A DNA stretch of 64,000 bases from IMG/VR virus record IMGVR_UViG_3300040801_001572, positions 32,001 to 96,000 of that record. One strand, written 5' to 3'. Positions 51,606-59,016 of this stretch are shown here, piece after piece (within the stretch, counting starts at the first letter, position 1; every line of letters begins with the position of its first letter). The position numbers and the translations under genes are program-made. Source of the DNA: a virus. Under the pieces are notes generated by a model, which was given only the letters and a program-made list of their open reading frames with translations, was not told the origin of the DNA and searched no databases.

Positions 51606-51830
51606 ATGAACAGAGCACAATATATGACTCCTGAGCAAAAAGCTCTTTGGGAGTCCGCTGAAAAGCGTGAGGGTCGCAAGATTAAAAGGACCCACGAGAA
51701 CTGCCGCAAAATCCTAGGCCGTTACATTACGGTCAAGGACAATGCGGGAAACAAAACCCGCGTGTTTCGCCCTGGCGTGGCGAGACCTGGCAAGACTGCG
51801 CGAGATCGCGCAAGGAGGCGCGGGAAGTAA
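51606..51830 (+). CDS. Small, very basic protein (74 aa)
   Basis: TAAGGAGGT SD; Arg/Lys-rich. Confidence 0.7.
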   Translation: MNRAQYMTPEQKALWESAEKREGRKIKRTHENCRKILGRYITVKDNAGNKTRVFRPGVARPGKTARDRARRRGK

Positions 51831-51837
51831 AAACAGA

Positions 51838-51928
51838 GGAGGGTGATCCTGTCTGGGACAGGCGTGGTCTTGAAAACCAATGGAGGGTAGAAATATCCTT
51901 GCAGTTCGATTCTAGCCGCCCTCTGCCA
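51838..51928 (+). tRNA. tRNA-Ser(TGA) with tRNA-Sec-like / allo-tRNA-like 8/4 architecture
   Basis: 8-bp acceptor; 6-bp D stem CCTGTC-TGG-GACAGG; long variable arm; G73; CCA. Confidence 0.8.
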
Positions 51929-51932
51929 AATT

Positions 51933-52143
51933 GCGTCGGTGTCTTCCATGCTTAACTTTTAGCGAAGTGAGGGGAGACGAACGTATAGCTTGTACGAACG
52001 GTGTCCTAACGCTGCGCCACGTTTCTCGCTATTCGTTAGGTGTCAAGCTTAAGAAGCGGCCAACAAAACAGGTTATTTCGGGCAGGGCAGAGACGAGCGT
52101 AACCCCCGAATGACTTGGGCAGGAGTTGCGACCTGTCGACGCA
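51933..52143 (+). ncRNA. ~210-nt structured RNA closed by a tRNA-like acceptor/T-arm domain
   Basis: GCGTCG/CGACGC closing helix stacked on GCAGG-AGTTGCGA-CCTGT; long internal hairpins. Confidence 0.55.
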
Positions 52144-52151
52144 CTTATTAG

Positions 52152-52201
52152 CCGTCCTGATGATGACTTAGAGGAGTCGAAACACCACATGGTGTAGGCG
52201 G
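52152..52201 (+). ncRNA. Type I hammerhead ribozyme
   Basis: CCGTC / CTGATGA / GACTT-AGAG-GAGTC / GAAA / ACACC-ACAT-GGTGT / A / GGCGG; predicted cut after A52196. Confidence 0.85.
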
Positions 52202-52253
52202 AGTAGAAGCGTAACTGTAAATGATAAATAAAGTAGTCGGTAAAGGCTACTTT

Positions 52254-53033
52254 ATGAATTATGAAAAAATTTACAGTTCTTTAATAGAAAGAAGCAGACA
52301 TAGAAAACTCTCAGGGTATGTCGAAAGGCACCATGTTGTTCCTAGGTGTCTCGGTGGAACTGACGACGCTAGTAATATCGTCGAACTCACTCCAGAAGAG
52401 CACTATTTGGCTCATCAACTACTAGTCAAAATGTATCCAAAATCTTCGCCTTTAGTTCGAGCTGCTCAGATGATGGTACCGAACCGCCCTTCTAATAAAT
52501 TATACGGCTGGGTCAGAAGACGATTTGCTAAAATTCAAAGCGAAACGCAATCCGGTAGAGGTAATACCCAATTTGGTACTATGTGGATCTTTAATGAGGA
52601 ACTTAAGGAATCTAAGAAGATACCGGTTAACTCGGAAATACCGAAAGGTTGGGAAAAAGGCCGAGTTGTAAAATTTGATGAGAAGTTTAGAGAAAGGCGC
52701 GAAACTGAGCAGAACAGAAAACCTCGTGTATTATGTTCGGAAAGAGAGAAGAAATTAAGACGCATTAAGTCTAAGCATAGAAAAATAAGAAGATCAGAGA
52801 AATATATGTCTGCAAAAACAAAAAAACTTTATTTAGAGTTTCTTTCAGCAGATTTGTCATTAAGAAATTTTGCAAAACAAAAAGGCATAGTGCCGATGAC
52901 ACTTTCTAATTGGTTTAATAAGTATATCGATGAGTATGATATAATACCCAGAACCAAAGCAAACAAACAATTAGGGGCGGACGTATCCTTGGGAGATACA
53001 ACAGGTTGTAACCCTGTCGCGAAGGCTAGGTAG
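52254..53033 (+). mobile_element. HNH homing endonuclease
   Basis: ERHHVVPRCLGGTDDASNIVELTPEEHYLAH; reading frame ends inside tRNA-Tyr. Confidence 0.87.
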
Positions 53034-53057
53034 GTTCGATTCCTACCCGCCCCACCA
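52974..53057 (+). tRNA. tRNA-Tyr(GTA)
   Basis: ACAGG-TTGTAAC-CCTGT; variable arm; CCA. Confidence 0.9.
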
Positions 53058-53097
53058 GATTATTTCGCGGAGTTAACTACTCCGCCACCAAATTTTT

Positions 53098-53192
53098 GCC
53101 GGATGGTGTAATTAACAAGCCTCTTTGAAAGCGTAGGTTTAACCTATTTGAATGCTGAGGAACTGCAGGTATCGAATCCTGCTCCGGCCCCA
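53098..53192 (+). ncRNA. CCA-ended tRNA-like RNA lacking a canonical anticodon loop
   Basis: GCCGGA/TCCGGC acceptor; GCAGG-TATCGAAT-CCTGC T arm; CCTC/GAGG stem capped by a 33-nt insert. Confidence 0.6.
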
Positions 53193-53211
53193 TTTATTTT
53201 ATAGAAACAAT

Positions 53212-53285
53212 CTGTGCGTAGCTCAACGGTAGAGTGCTGGCTTTGGAAGCTTGAGGTGCTGGTTCGACTCCAGTCGCACTGACCA
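53212..53285 (+). tRNA. tRNA-Pro(TGG)
   Basis: Loop TTTGGAA; C1:G72; A73; CCA. Confidence 0.85.
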
Positions 53286-53293
53286 AATTCAAA

Positions 53294-53367
53294 CTCCCCT
53301 TAGTTCAATGGTAGAACGGTCCGTTTGGGACGGAGTGACGTTGGTTCGATTCCAACAGGGGTGACCA
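53294..53367 (+). tRNA. tRNA-Pro(TGG), second isodecoder
   Basis: Loop TTTGGGA; CCA. Confidence 0.85.
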
Positions 53368-53423
53368 AACATTGCAATAGATCTGTACAAGTGTTAATAT
53401 TTAATTTTCAGCGAGAATTCACT

Positions 53424-53726
53424 GTGCAAAAAGTTATTGAATTTATTGCAGCAAACATCGACACTGTTGACACGTTCTTCTCCTCCAGATTTGATTCTGT
53501 TGAGGTAACTGCGATAAGCGCAGATCGTGTTTATGTGAACGTAACTGTATCGGACGACGACAAGAAGGCGTTCGGTGAGAAAATGAAGAAGCTCTCGGTG
53601 TTTAAAAAGGCATATGTTGAAACAACTGATGTGAACTTTTCCGTCAGCGATATCTATGACGAAAATTTCGTTGTCCCGAAGGGTGCATTTGACTATAAGA
53701 CGAAGTATCAAATCTACGAAGTATAA
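53424..53726 (+). CDS. Hypothetical protein
   Basis: In-frame GTG after the tRNA; the longer ORF-track start overlaps tRNA-Pro. Confidence 0.55.
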   Translation: MQKVIEFIAANIDTVDTFFSSRFDSVEVTAISADRVYVNVTVSDDDKKAFGEKMKKLSVFKKAYVETTDVNFSVSDIYDENFVVPKGAFDYKTKYQIYEV

Positions 53727-53758
53727 TTCCGGAGAGTCTAAACACGATAAATAGCATA

Positions 53759-54259
53759 ATGCGACATTTCGAACTTAGAGAAGCACGTGAACTACCGTGG
53801 AACGGTAACATTAATGTTGGCTGGTGGGAAGACCAGTCTAAGCTTACATTATATCACGGCACTCATGTCAGCAATGTCGATTCTGTTATCAAGAACGGCT
53901 TAAACAAAGCAGACCCCGACACCGGAATGATATCGCTTACACTTGATCCTTTTACTGCTCGCGGATATGCAGCAATGCACGGCGGAGAAGCAGAGTTTCG
54001 TAAAGCAGGAAACAAAGCACAGCACGTTCCGATGAATCAAAGAGCAGTGTTTGTGTTCGACATCCCAACAGAATGGATCAAAGCAAATATGGATCCACGG
54101 TTCGGAGGTAATGTAGGATCGGCAGCAGGTAAACTGTCCGATCGTGAGCAATACGAACAATGGACTGGATCGGATACAGAATACTATCAGCTAACAGAAT
54201 TTCGAGTTAGCAAAGCAGTACCTCCCCGCTTTATCAAAGGCTACATGCTTACCAAATAA
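53759..54259 (+). CDS. ADP-ribosyltransferase-fold protein (Tpt1/KptA NAD-binding-lobe-like)
   Basis: LYHGT...IKNGL, ISLT.D..TARGYA and E.RV..AVPPRFI motifs; leaderless late start. Confidence 0.65.
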   Translation: MRHFELREARELPWNGNINVGWWEDQSKLTLYHGTHVSNVDSVIKNGLNKADPDTGMISLTLDPFTARGYAAMHGGEAEFRKAGNKAQHVPMNQRAVFVFDIPTEWIKANMDPRFGGNVGSAAGKLSDREQYEQWTGSDTEYYQLTEFRVSKAVPPRFIKGYMLTK

Positions 54260-54326
54260 ATTTGCACTTCTAGCTGTACTTTGCTAGACTGTTTTCTACT
54301 CAAAAGCTTGACAGCAGGTATACAAA

Positions 54327-54800
54327 ATGCTGAATGATATTGTTATCCATGTCGGACTAGATCCACTCGGCGACCTAGTTGCCATGCTCAATGGCAATAG
54401 TGGAGGAACAGAAAGAATAGCAGAGGGCATATACCAAATTGGTCATTTCAATTTTAACCATGTGCTCGAGGCTAGTGGTTACCGACTTGAAGAATACCCT
54501 AAAGATCTTGTGGATTCCGGCGTTGATGACGATCCTTTTGGCTGGGGGTTTAGTCCGTACGGTGTGTGCGATGATCCGCAGCAAATACTAGATCGCTGCC
54601 CTACACTGCAATCACCGGACAGAGATTTTGTGATATCTGTTACTCCGATTCTAAAAGAGAATCAGGAAAAACATGGCGGTTGGCGCTGGCATAAATGGGG
54701 CGAGTATATCGGTGTTCACGAGATTACTAGCGAGTATCTCTACGATGAGCCAGTTGTAGAAAAGGTGTACTGCTACCACATTTACGAAATAATAGAATAA
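54327..54800 (+). CDS. Hypothetical protein (GGWRWHKWGEYIG motif)
   Basis: ORF track. Confidence 0.65.
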   Translation: MLNDIVIHVGLDPLGDLVAMLNGNSGGTERIAEGIYQIGHFNFNHVLEASGYRLEEYPKDLVDSGVDDDPFGWGFSPYGVCDDPQQILDRCPTLQSPDRDFVISVTPILKENQEKHGGWRWHKWGEYIGVHEITSEYLYDEPVVEKVYCYHIYEIIE

Positions 54801-54801
54801 T

Positions 54802-54886
54802 TCCAGGGTGCGCAGAGAGGTAATGCAGCCGGCTGTTAACCGGTCGTCGAAAGACATCGTTGGTTCGATCCCAACCCCTGGAGCCA
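54802..54886 (+). tRNA. tRNA-Asn(GTT) with non-canonical variable-arm hairpin
   Basis: GCCGG-CTGTTAA-CCGGT; GTC-GAAA-GAC arm; U1:A72; G73; CCA. Confidence 0.88.
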
Positions 54887-54887
54887 A

Positions 54888-55157
54888 TTAACCCCACGGT
54901 GCAATTTCTAATTCGACACCGTGTTTTAGTTGTTGTTCGGCACGTTTGCGGACAGCATCATCCCAGTTTTTAGCAAAAGCATAACCTTTGCCAAATTCGT
55001 CCACAATTACGTATTCCTGTTCAGTTACTTCAGGCGGAGTAGGATACCAACGATCGGTAATTTCGTCGTAAGTCATGCCTCGGTCTTTTTGTACCTGTGC
55101 ATGACGCTTCTTTGAAGGAAACTTCACGACGTTTTCGGTTATCTCGGAAACTTTCAT
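54888..55157 (-). CDS. Hypothetical late protein, antisense to the array
   Basis: TAAATA + 5 nt + ATG on the minus strand; N-terminus MKVSEITE. Confidence 0.65.
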   Translation of the reverse strand: MKVSEITENVVKFPSKKRHAQVQKDRGMTYDEITDRWYPTPPEVTEQEYVIVDEFGKGYAFAKNWDDAVRKRAEQQLKHGVELEIAPWG

Positions 55158-55171
55158 AAATATATTTATCT

Positions 55172-55260
55172 GGAAGGTAAATCAGTCAGGGTACTGAGGG
55201 GACCTGCTAAGTCTTTCGTCTGCTTAACGCGGATCTGTTTCGATTACAGTGCCTTCCGCC
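55172..55260 (+). tRNA. tRNA-Ser(GCT) with 8/4 fold; CCA not fully encoded
   Basis: GGAAGGTA/TGCCTTCC; GGGAC-CTGCTAA-GTCTT; long variable arm; G73. Confidence 0.8.
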
Positions 55261-55321
55261 CTTGGGGCAACATCTGCCCAGTGTACGAATACAAATGCAG
55301 TGTGTTCGAATAAATAGTGTT

Positions 55322-55945
55322 ATGTATTACACGATTTATAAAATCACCAATCAAATCAATGGCAAGCAATACATTGGTGCGCATAAGACCACAGATTTAG
55401 AAGATGATTATATGGGCTCGGGGAAGCTATTAATCCGAGCTATTGAAAAGTACGGCATAGAAAATTTCAGTAAAGAAATTTTAGCTGTATTTGATTCTGC
55501 AGAAGAGATGTTCTCACTTGAAAAAGAACTTGTGAACGAAGAGTACGTTAATAGAAACGATACTTATAATTTGACAAAAGGAGGCTCCGGCGGTAATCGA
55601 CTTTTACCGGGAAATTCGACTTGGTCATCCGAGCATTCTAAAATGATGACAGAGAAAAGATTAAAAATTTATACCGAAGATGAACGACGTGAATGGTCTA
55701 GAAAAGGCGGCCTGGCAATAAAGAAAAAAGGCACTGGTATATTTTCTCCGGAAAACAAAAGAAACAAGGGTAAGCCCCATTCCGAGGAGCACAAGAGAAA
55801 GATAGGAAAGGCAAATTCTGTGTCTCAGAAAGGATCTAAGAATTCTCAGTATGGAACTAGGTGGATTACCAATGGAATTCTTAATAGAAAAATTAAAAAT
55901 GGCGACTGTATTCCGGAAGGTTGGGTATATGGTCGTACACGATAG
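55322..55945 (+). mobile_element. GIY-YIG (Seg-like) homing endonuclease
   Basis: IYKITNQINGKQYIG and YMGSG motifs; TAAATA + 5 nt + ATG. Confidence 0.87.
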
Positions 55946-56018
55946 GCCCTTAGCTTAATGGTTAAAGCGTCGGACTCTGACTCCGAATATATCTGTTCGA
56001 CTCAGATAGGGCCCGCCA
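55944..56018 (+). tRNA. tRNA-Gln(CTG)
   Basis: TCGGA-CTCTGAC-TCCGA; unpaired 1:72; G73; CCA. Confidence 0.88.
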
Positions 56019-56052
56019 ATTTGATAAATATGTGTAACTTGGGAGGTTACAC

Positions 56053-56334
56053 ATGTCTAAAGAAATGCGAAGAATAATGAATATTTTAGAAAATTATCAT
56101 TATGTATTTGCAGATGAAGCACACGACACCCCTGAAGAATTTCGTAAAAATTTGCATAAGGAAGTTATTGCAAATTATTTGAAAGAGAAACATGGTTTAG
56201 ACTTCAACGAATCTGATGAAGATTATATCGCTGCGCTTCAACAAGGCATTGGGCATTTGATGGCGTTAGATCTCTCAAACTCAGAATTAGAAAGCTACTC
56301 ATATCGGAGCGATGTTCCGCTATTTAAGGAATAG
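56053..56334 (+). CDS. Hypothetical late protein (MSKEMRRIM N-terminus)
   Basis: GGAGG SD inside a hairpin; TAAATA upstream. Confidence 0.7.
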   Translation: MSKEMRRIMNILENYHYVFADEAHDTPEEFRKNLHKEVIANYLKEKHGLDFNESDEDYIAALQQGIGHLMALDLSNSELESYSYRSDVPLFKE

Positions 56335-56360
56335 CCCTAACACAACCCACTAAACACCTT

Positions 56361-56436
56361 CCCTGGCTAGCATAATGGTAAATGCACTCGGCTGATAACC
56401 GAGCGAGTCTGTGTTCGATTCACAGGTCAGGGACCA
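56361..56436 (+). tRNA. tRNA-Ile(GAT)
   Basis: CTCGG-CTGATAA-CCGAG; CCA. Confidence 0.9.
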
Positions 56437-56476
56437 AATTATTACAAGTAGTCAAAGTAAACAACTAAATACGCTT

Positions 56477-57133
56477 GTGAAATATTATATTTTATACAAG
56501 ACTACCAACTTAATAACAGGCCAATATTATATAGGTAAACACGAGACAGACAATTTAGACGATAATTATCTGGGCTCAGGGCTGCGGTTAAATCGTGCAA
56601 TCAAAAAATACGGTAAAGAGAATTTTAAAAAAGAAATTCTTTGTTTTCTAGAAAATTCGGCAATATTAAACGATTCAGAAAAAATGTTAATAAATGAGCA
56701 CTTGGAAAATCCGAAATGTTATAATTTAGCACCCGGAGGCCAAGGAGGCCACGTGTATGCTCATTATACAGAAGAAGATAAGAAAAACATTTATGCTAAG
56801 ATTAGCAAAACTTTAAAAAGAAAGAAAATCGCTCCACCGAGGCCCGACCTAAAGGGCAGAACACTGTCCGACGAACACAAGAGGAAGATTAGCGAATCAC
56901 AGAAAGGTCGCAAAAAGCCCACTAGGTCAGCTGAACACTGTAGGAATATTAGTAAATCTCTCAAGGGTAAGAAGCTAAGTAAAAACATGAAGCTTCGTCT
57001 GTCAAACAAAATGAAACAGAATCATGCCAACCATAAAGAATTAACTTGTCCCCACTGCATGAAAAATGGAAAAAGTGGATCTATGTATAGATGGCATTTT
57101 GATAACTGCAAAAATAAGCGCGGGTTAGAGTAG
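56477..57133 (+). mobile_element. GIY-YIG homing endonuclease with NUMOD3-like repeats and CxxC module
   Basis: LYKTTNLITGQYYIG and YLGSG motifs; TAAATA + 5 nt + GTG. Confidence 0.85.
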
Positions 57134-57192
57134 TGGTTACTCATGGGTCTCATAAGCCCACTAGGTCGGTTCGATTCCGGCACCCGCTACCA
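57119..57192 (+). tRNA. tRNA-Met(CAT), initiator-like
   Basis: C1 mismatch; A11:U24; three G:C pairs in the anticodon stem; CCA. Confidence 0.85.
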
Positions 57193-57200
57193 AACACAAT

Positions 57201-57277
57201 GCCGCCGTAGCCCAATTGGCAGAGGCAGTAGGTTTAGAACCTATTCAGTGTGAGTTCGAGTCTCACCGGCGGCACCA
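57201..57277 (+). tRNA. tRNA-Leu(TAG) lacking the long variable arm
   Basis: GTAGG-TTTAGAA-CCTAT; A73; CCA. Confidence 0.88.
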
Positions 57278-57375
57278 ATTAGAGGAGAAATGTTATGTGC
57301 AACTTACGAGTGAAACAACAAACCATAACAATGGCTCCAGTAACTCTAGGTACGATTTTACTCGTGCCTCCCTAT

Positions 57376-57452
57376 GGGTGATTAGTTCAGCTGGTTAGAA
57401 CGGCGGCCTGTTAAGTCGTATGTCCCCGGTTCGAGTCCGGGATCGCCCTCCA
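57376..57452 (+). tRNA. tRNA-Asn(GTT), second isodecoder with U73
   Basis: GCGGC-CTGTTAA-GTCGT; CCA. Confidence 0.85.
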
Positions 57453-57459
57453 AATTCAT

Positions 57460-57488
57460 TTGCATTGTTGTTCCAGAGAGTGTATAAT
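57460..57488 (+). promoter_or_regulatory. sigma70 promoter, leaderless start of the sbtA-like gene
   Basis: TTGCAT-17-TATAAT; ATG 7 nt downstream. Confidence 0.7.
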
Positions 57489-57495
57489 TCCCCCT

Positions 57496-58419
57496 ATGGA
57501 TCCTGCAATTTTATTTTTTGTTTTAGGCTTTATTGCAACACTACTGGGTAGCAATATACGTTTTCCGGAATCAACTGCAAAGGCAGTTAGTCTTTACTTG
57601 CTAATCGCAATCGGCTATAAAGGCGGAATGTCGATGGCAACCGCTGCACTGAGTTATTCAATGGCAATGTCACTAGGACTTGCTTTAGCTGCTAGCGTTG
57701 TTGTTCCGTTAGTCGCATATCTGTTGCTAAGAAAATTAGAAAAACTCGAAGATGCTGTGAGCATTGCAGCAACATATGGTTCGGTTAGTGCAGTGACGTT
57801 TGTCACAGCCGTTGCATTCTTAGAGGCAGCAGGCATAGTGTTTGGCGGTTACATGGTAGCAGCACTGACTGTGATGGAAGCACCTAGTATTGTAATGGCA
57901 CTACTACTTTATAACCGAAGCACTAGTGAAAGCAAAACTTCACTGAAAGAGTTAGGTAGAATTATCTTTGCAGAAAAAAGCATTGCTATCTTGTTAGGTA
58001 GTATGTTTATCGGATATTTTGCAGGTGCCGAATACCAATTAGCACTAGCAATTAAAGGTGATATTTTTAAATTTGCCCTTTGTTTATTTTTGTTAGACAT
58101 GGGCGCAAAGGTTGGTGAACGTTTCCGAGTAACAAAAACACTTGAAATTCATAATGTTCTTTTTGCTCTGTTAATGCCAATTACAGCAAGTATTACCATG
58201 CTGTTAGTGGCTAGTATGTTATCACTTCCGGTAGGTAATGCTTTGTTGCTTGCAATACTGGCAGGATCAGCAAGCTATATTGTTGTTCCGGCCGTTATGC
58301 AAGAAGCTATGCCTGATGCAGATCATGCAAAATATTTTACAATGAGCCTAGCTATCACTTTTCCGTTTAACGTAATTGTTGGCATACCTGCTTATTACTA
58401 TTTGTTGCTGTTGCTATGA
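57496..58419 (+). CDS. sbtA: Sodium-dependent bicarbonate transporter family permease (SbtA-like)
   Basis: DPAILFF.LG, IGYKGG, AATYGSVSAVTF, MEAP, SASYI.VPA and ITFPFN motifs; many hydrophobic segments. Confidence 0.82.
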   Translation: MDPAILFFVLGFIATLLGSNIRFPESTAKAVSLYLLIAIGYKGGMSMATAALSYSMAMSLGLALAASVVVPLVAYLLLRKLEKLEDAVSIAATYGSVSAVTFVTAVAFLEAAGIVFGGYMVAALTVMEAPSIVMALLLYNRSTSESKTSLKELGRIIFAEKSIAILLGSMFIGYFAGAEYQLALAIKGDIFKFALCLFLLDMGAKVGERFRVTKTLEIHNVLFALLMPITASITMLLVASMLSLPVGNALLLAILAGSASYIVVPAVMQEAMPDADHAKYFTMSLAITFPFNVIVGIPAYYYLLLLL

Positions 58420-58673
58420 AAGCAGTTGTTGTACAAGAATCCGATATAGAAAAGGCACTAACCAAAGCAGGTTATATGTCTACACCATACGGCGATAAAC
58501 ATATAGCAAGAGTGTTGGACATTTCAGAAAACCAATCTGTGGTCACACTTAGTACAGGCGAATCTTACTTTTGTGAAACCACAGAAGGACCTAGCTCACA
58601 CGCATACATGAAAATATTCACTGTAGTGGGCAACGTACCTGTTCCGGGAATCGAAGTTGTTCGATTCCCATAA
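58416..58673 (+). CDS. Small protein coupled to sbtA, possibly a diverged SbtB/PII-like partner
   Basis: ATGA overlap; position matches sbtB, sequence resemblance weak. Confidence 0.4.
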   Translation: MKAVVVQESDIEKALTKAGYMSTPYGDKHIARVLDISENQSVVTLSTGESYFCETTEGPSSHAYMKIFTVVGNVPVPGIEVVRFP

Positions 58674-58674
58674 T

Positions 58675-58751
58675 GCCGGTGTACCAGAATAGGCATATGG
58701 ACCTGGTTCAAACCCAGGGGTTTGTGGGTTCGACCCCCACCACCGGTACCA
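58675..58751 (+). tRNA. tRNA-Leu(CAA) lacking the long variable arm
   Basis: CCTGG-TTCAAAC-CCAGG; CCA. Confidence 0.88.
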
Positions 58752-58823
58752 AACATGCGATATACACAGGAAAGCCTCCCTGTTGTGAGCAGGGCAAAGC
58801 GCCTGCAGTCACTATCGCAAATT

Positions 58824-59013
58824 TTTCAGAGGAAAGTCAGGACACGGCGGAAGCCAGGTGGGAGACGAAAGTCGCTAGAACCACAAGATACGAAAGCGCC
58901 GTGCAACACAAACAGTCCAGAGATAAGCTTCAATTGTAGACGGACGGGTAGTGGCACTAGATGAATGACGGTTGAAAAAACAGAATCCTGCTTACGTAGA
59001 ACCGTCGCTGAAA
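58824..59013 (+). ncRNA. rnpB: RNase P RNA, minimal and apparently circularly permuted
   Basis: GAGGAAAGTCAGGAC...AGATGAATGAC...ACAGAATCCTGCTTA conserved regions with compensatory P4 changes; P2 and P3 partner strands lie 3' of P4. Confidence 0.85.
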
Positions 59014-59016
59014 CTT

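Noticed and set aside
51838-51928. selC (tRNA-Sec) or opal suppressor
   Set aside because: The anticodon is TGA (reads Ser UCA), not TCA; no sel genes in the window.
52069-52117. SRP RNA helix 8 (CAGG...AGC)
   Set aside because: The apical stem and GNRA loop do not form properly.
57295-57381. 28-codon ORF after GAGGAG ending in tRNA-Asn, as a second leader peptide
   Set aside because: No terminator or antiterminator follows; insufficient support.
58756-58818. c-di-GMP-I riboswitch-like words (GGCAAA, GAAAGCCTCC) in a branched hairpin before the RNase P RNA
   Set aside because: Element order does not match the aptamer and there is no expression platform; left as an unassigned hairpin.
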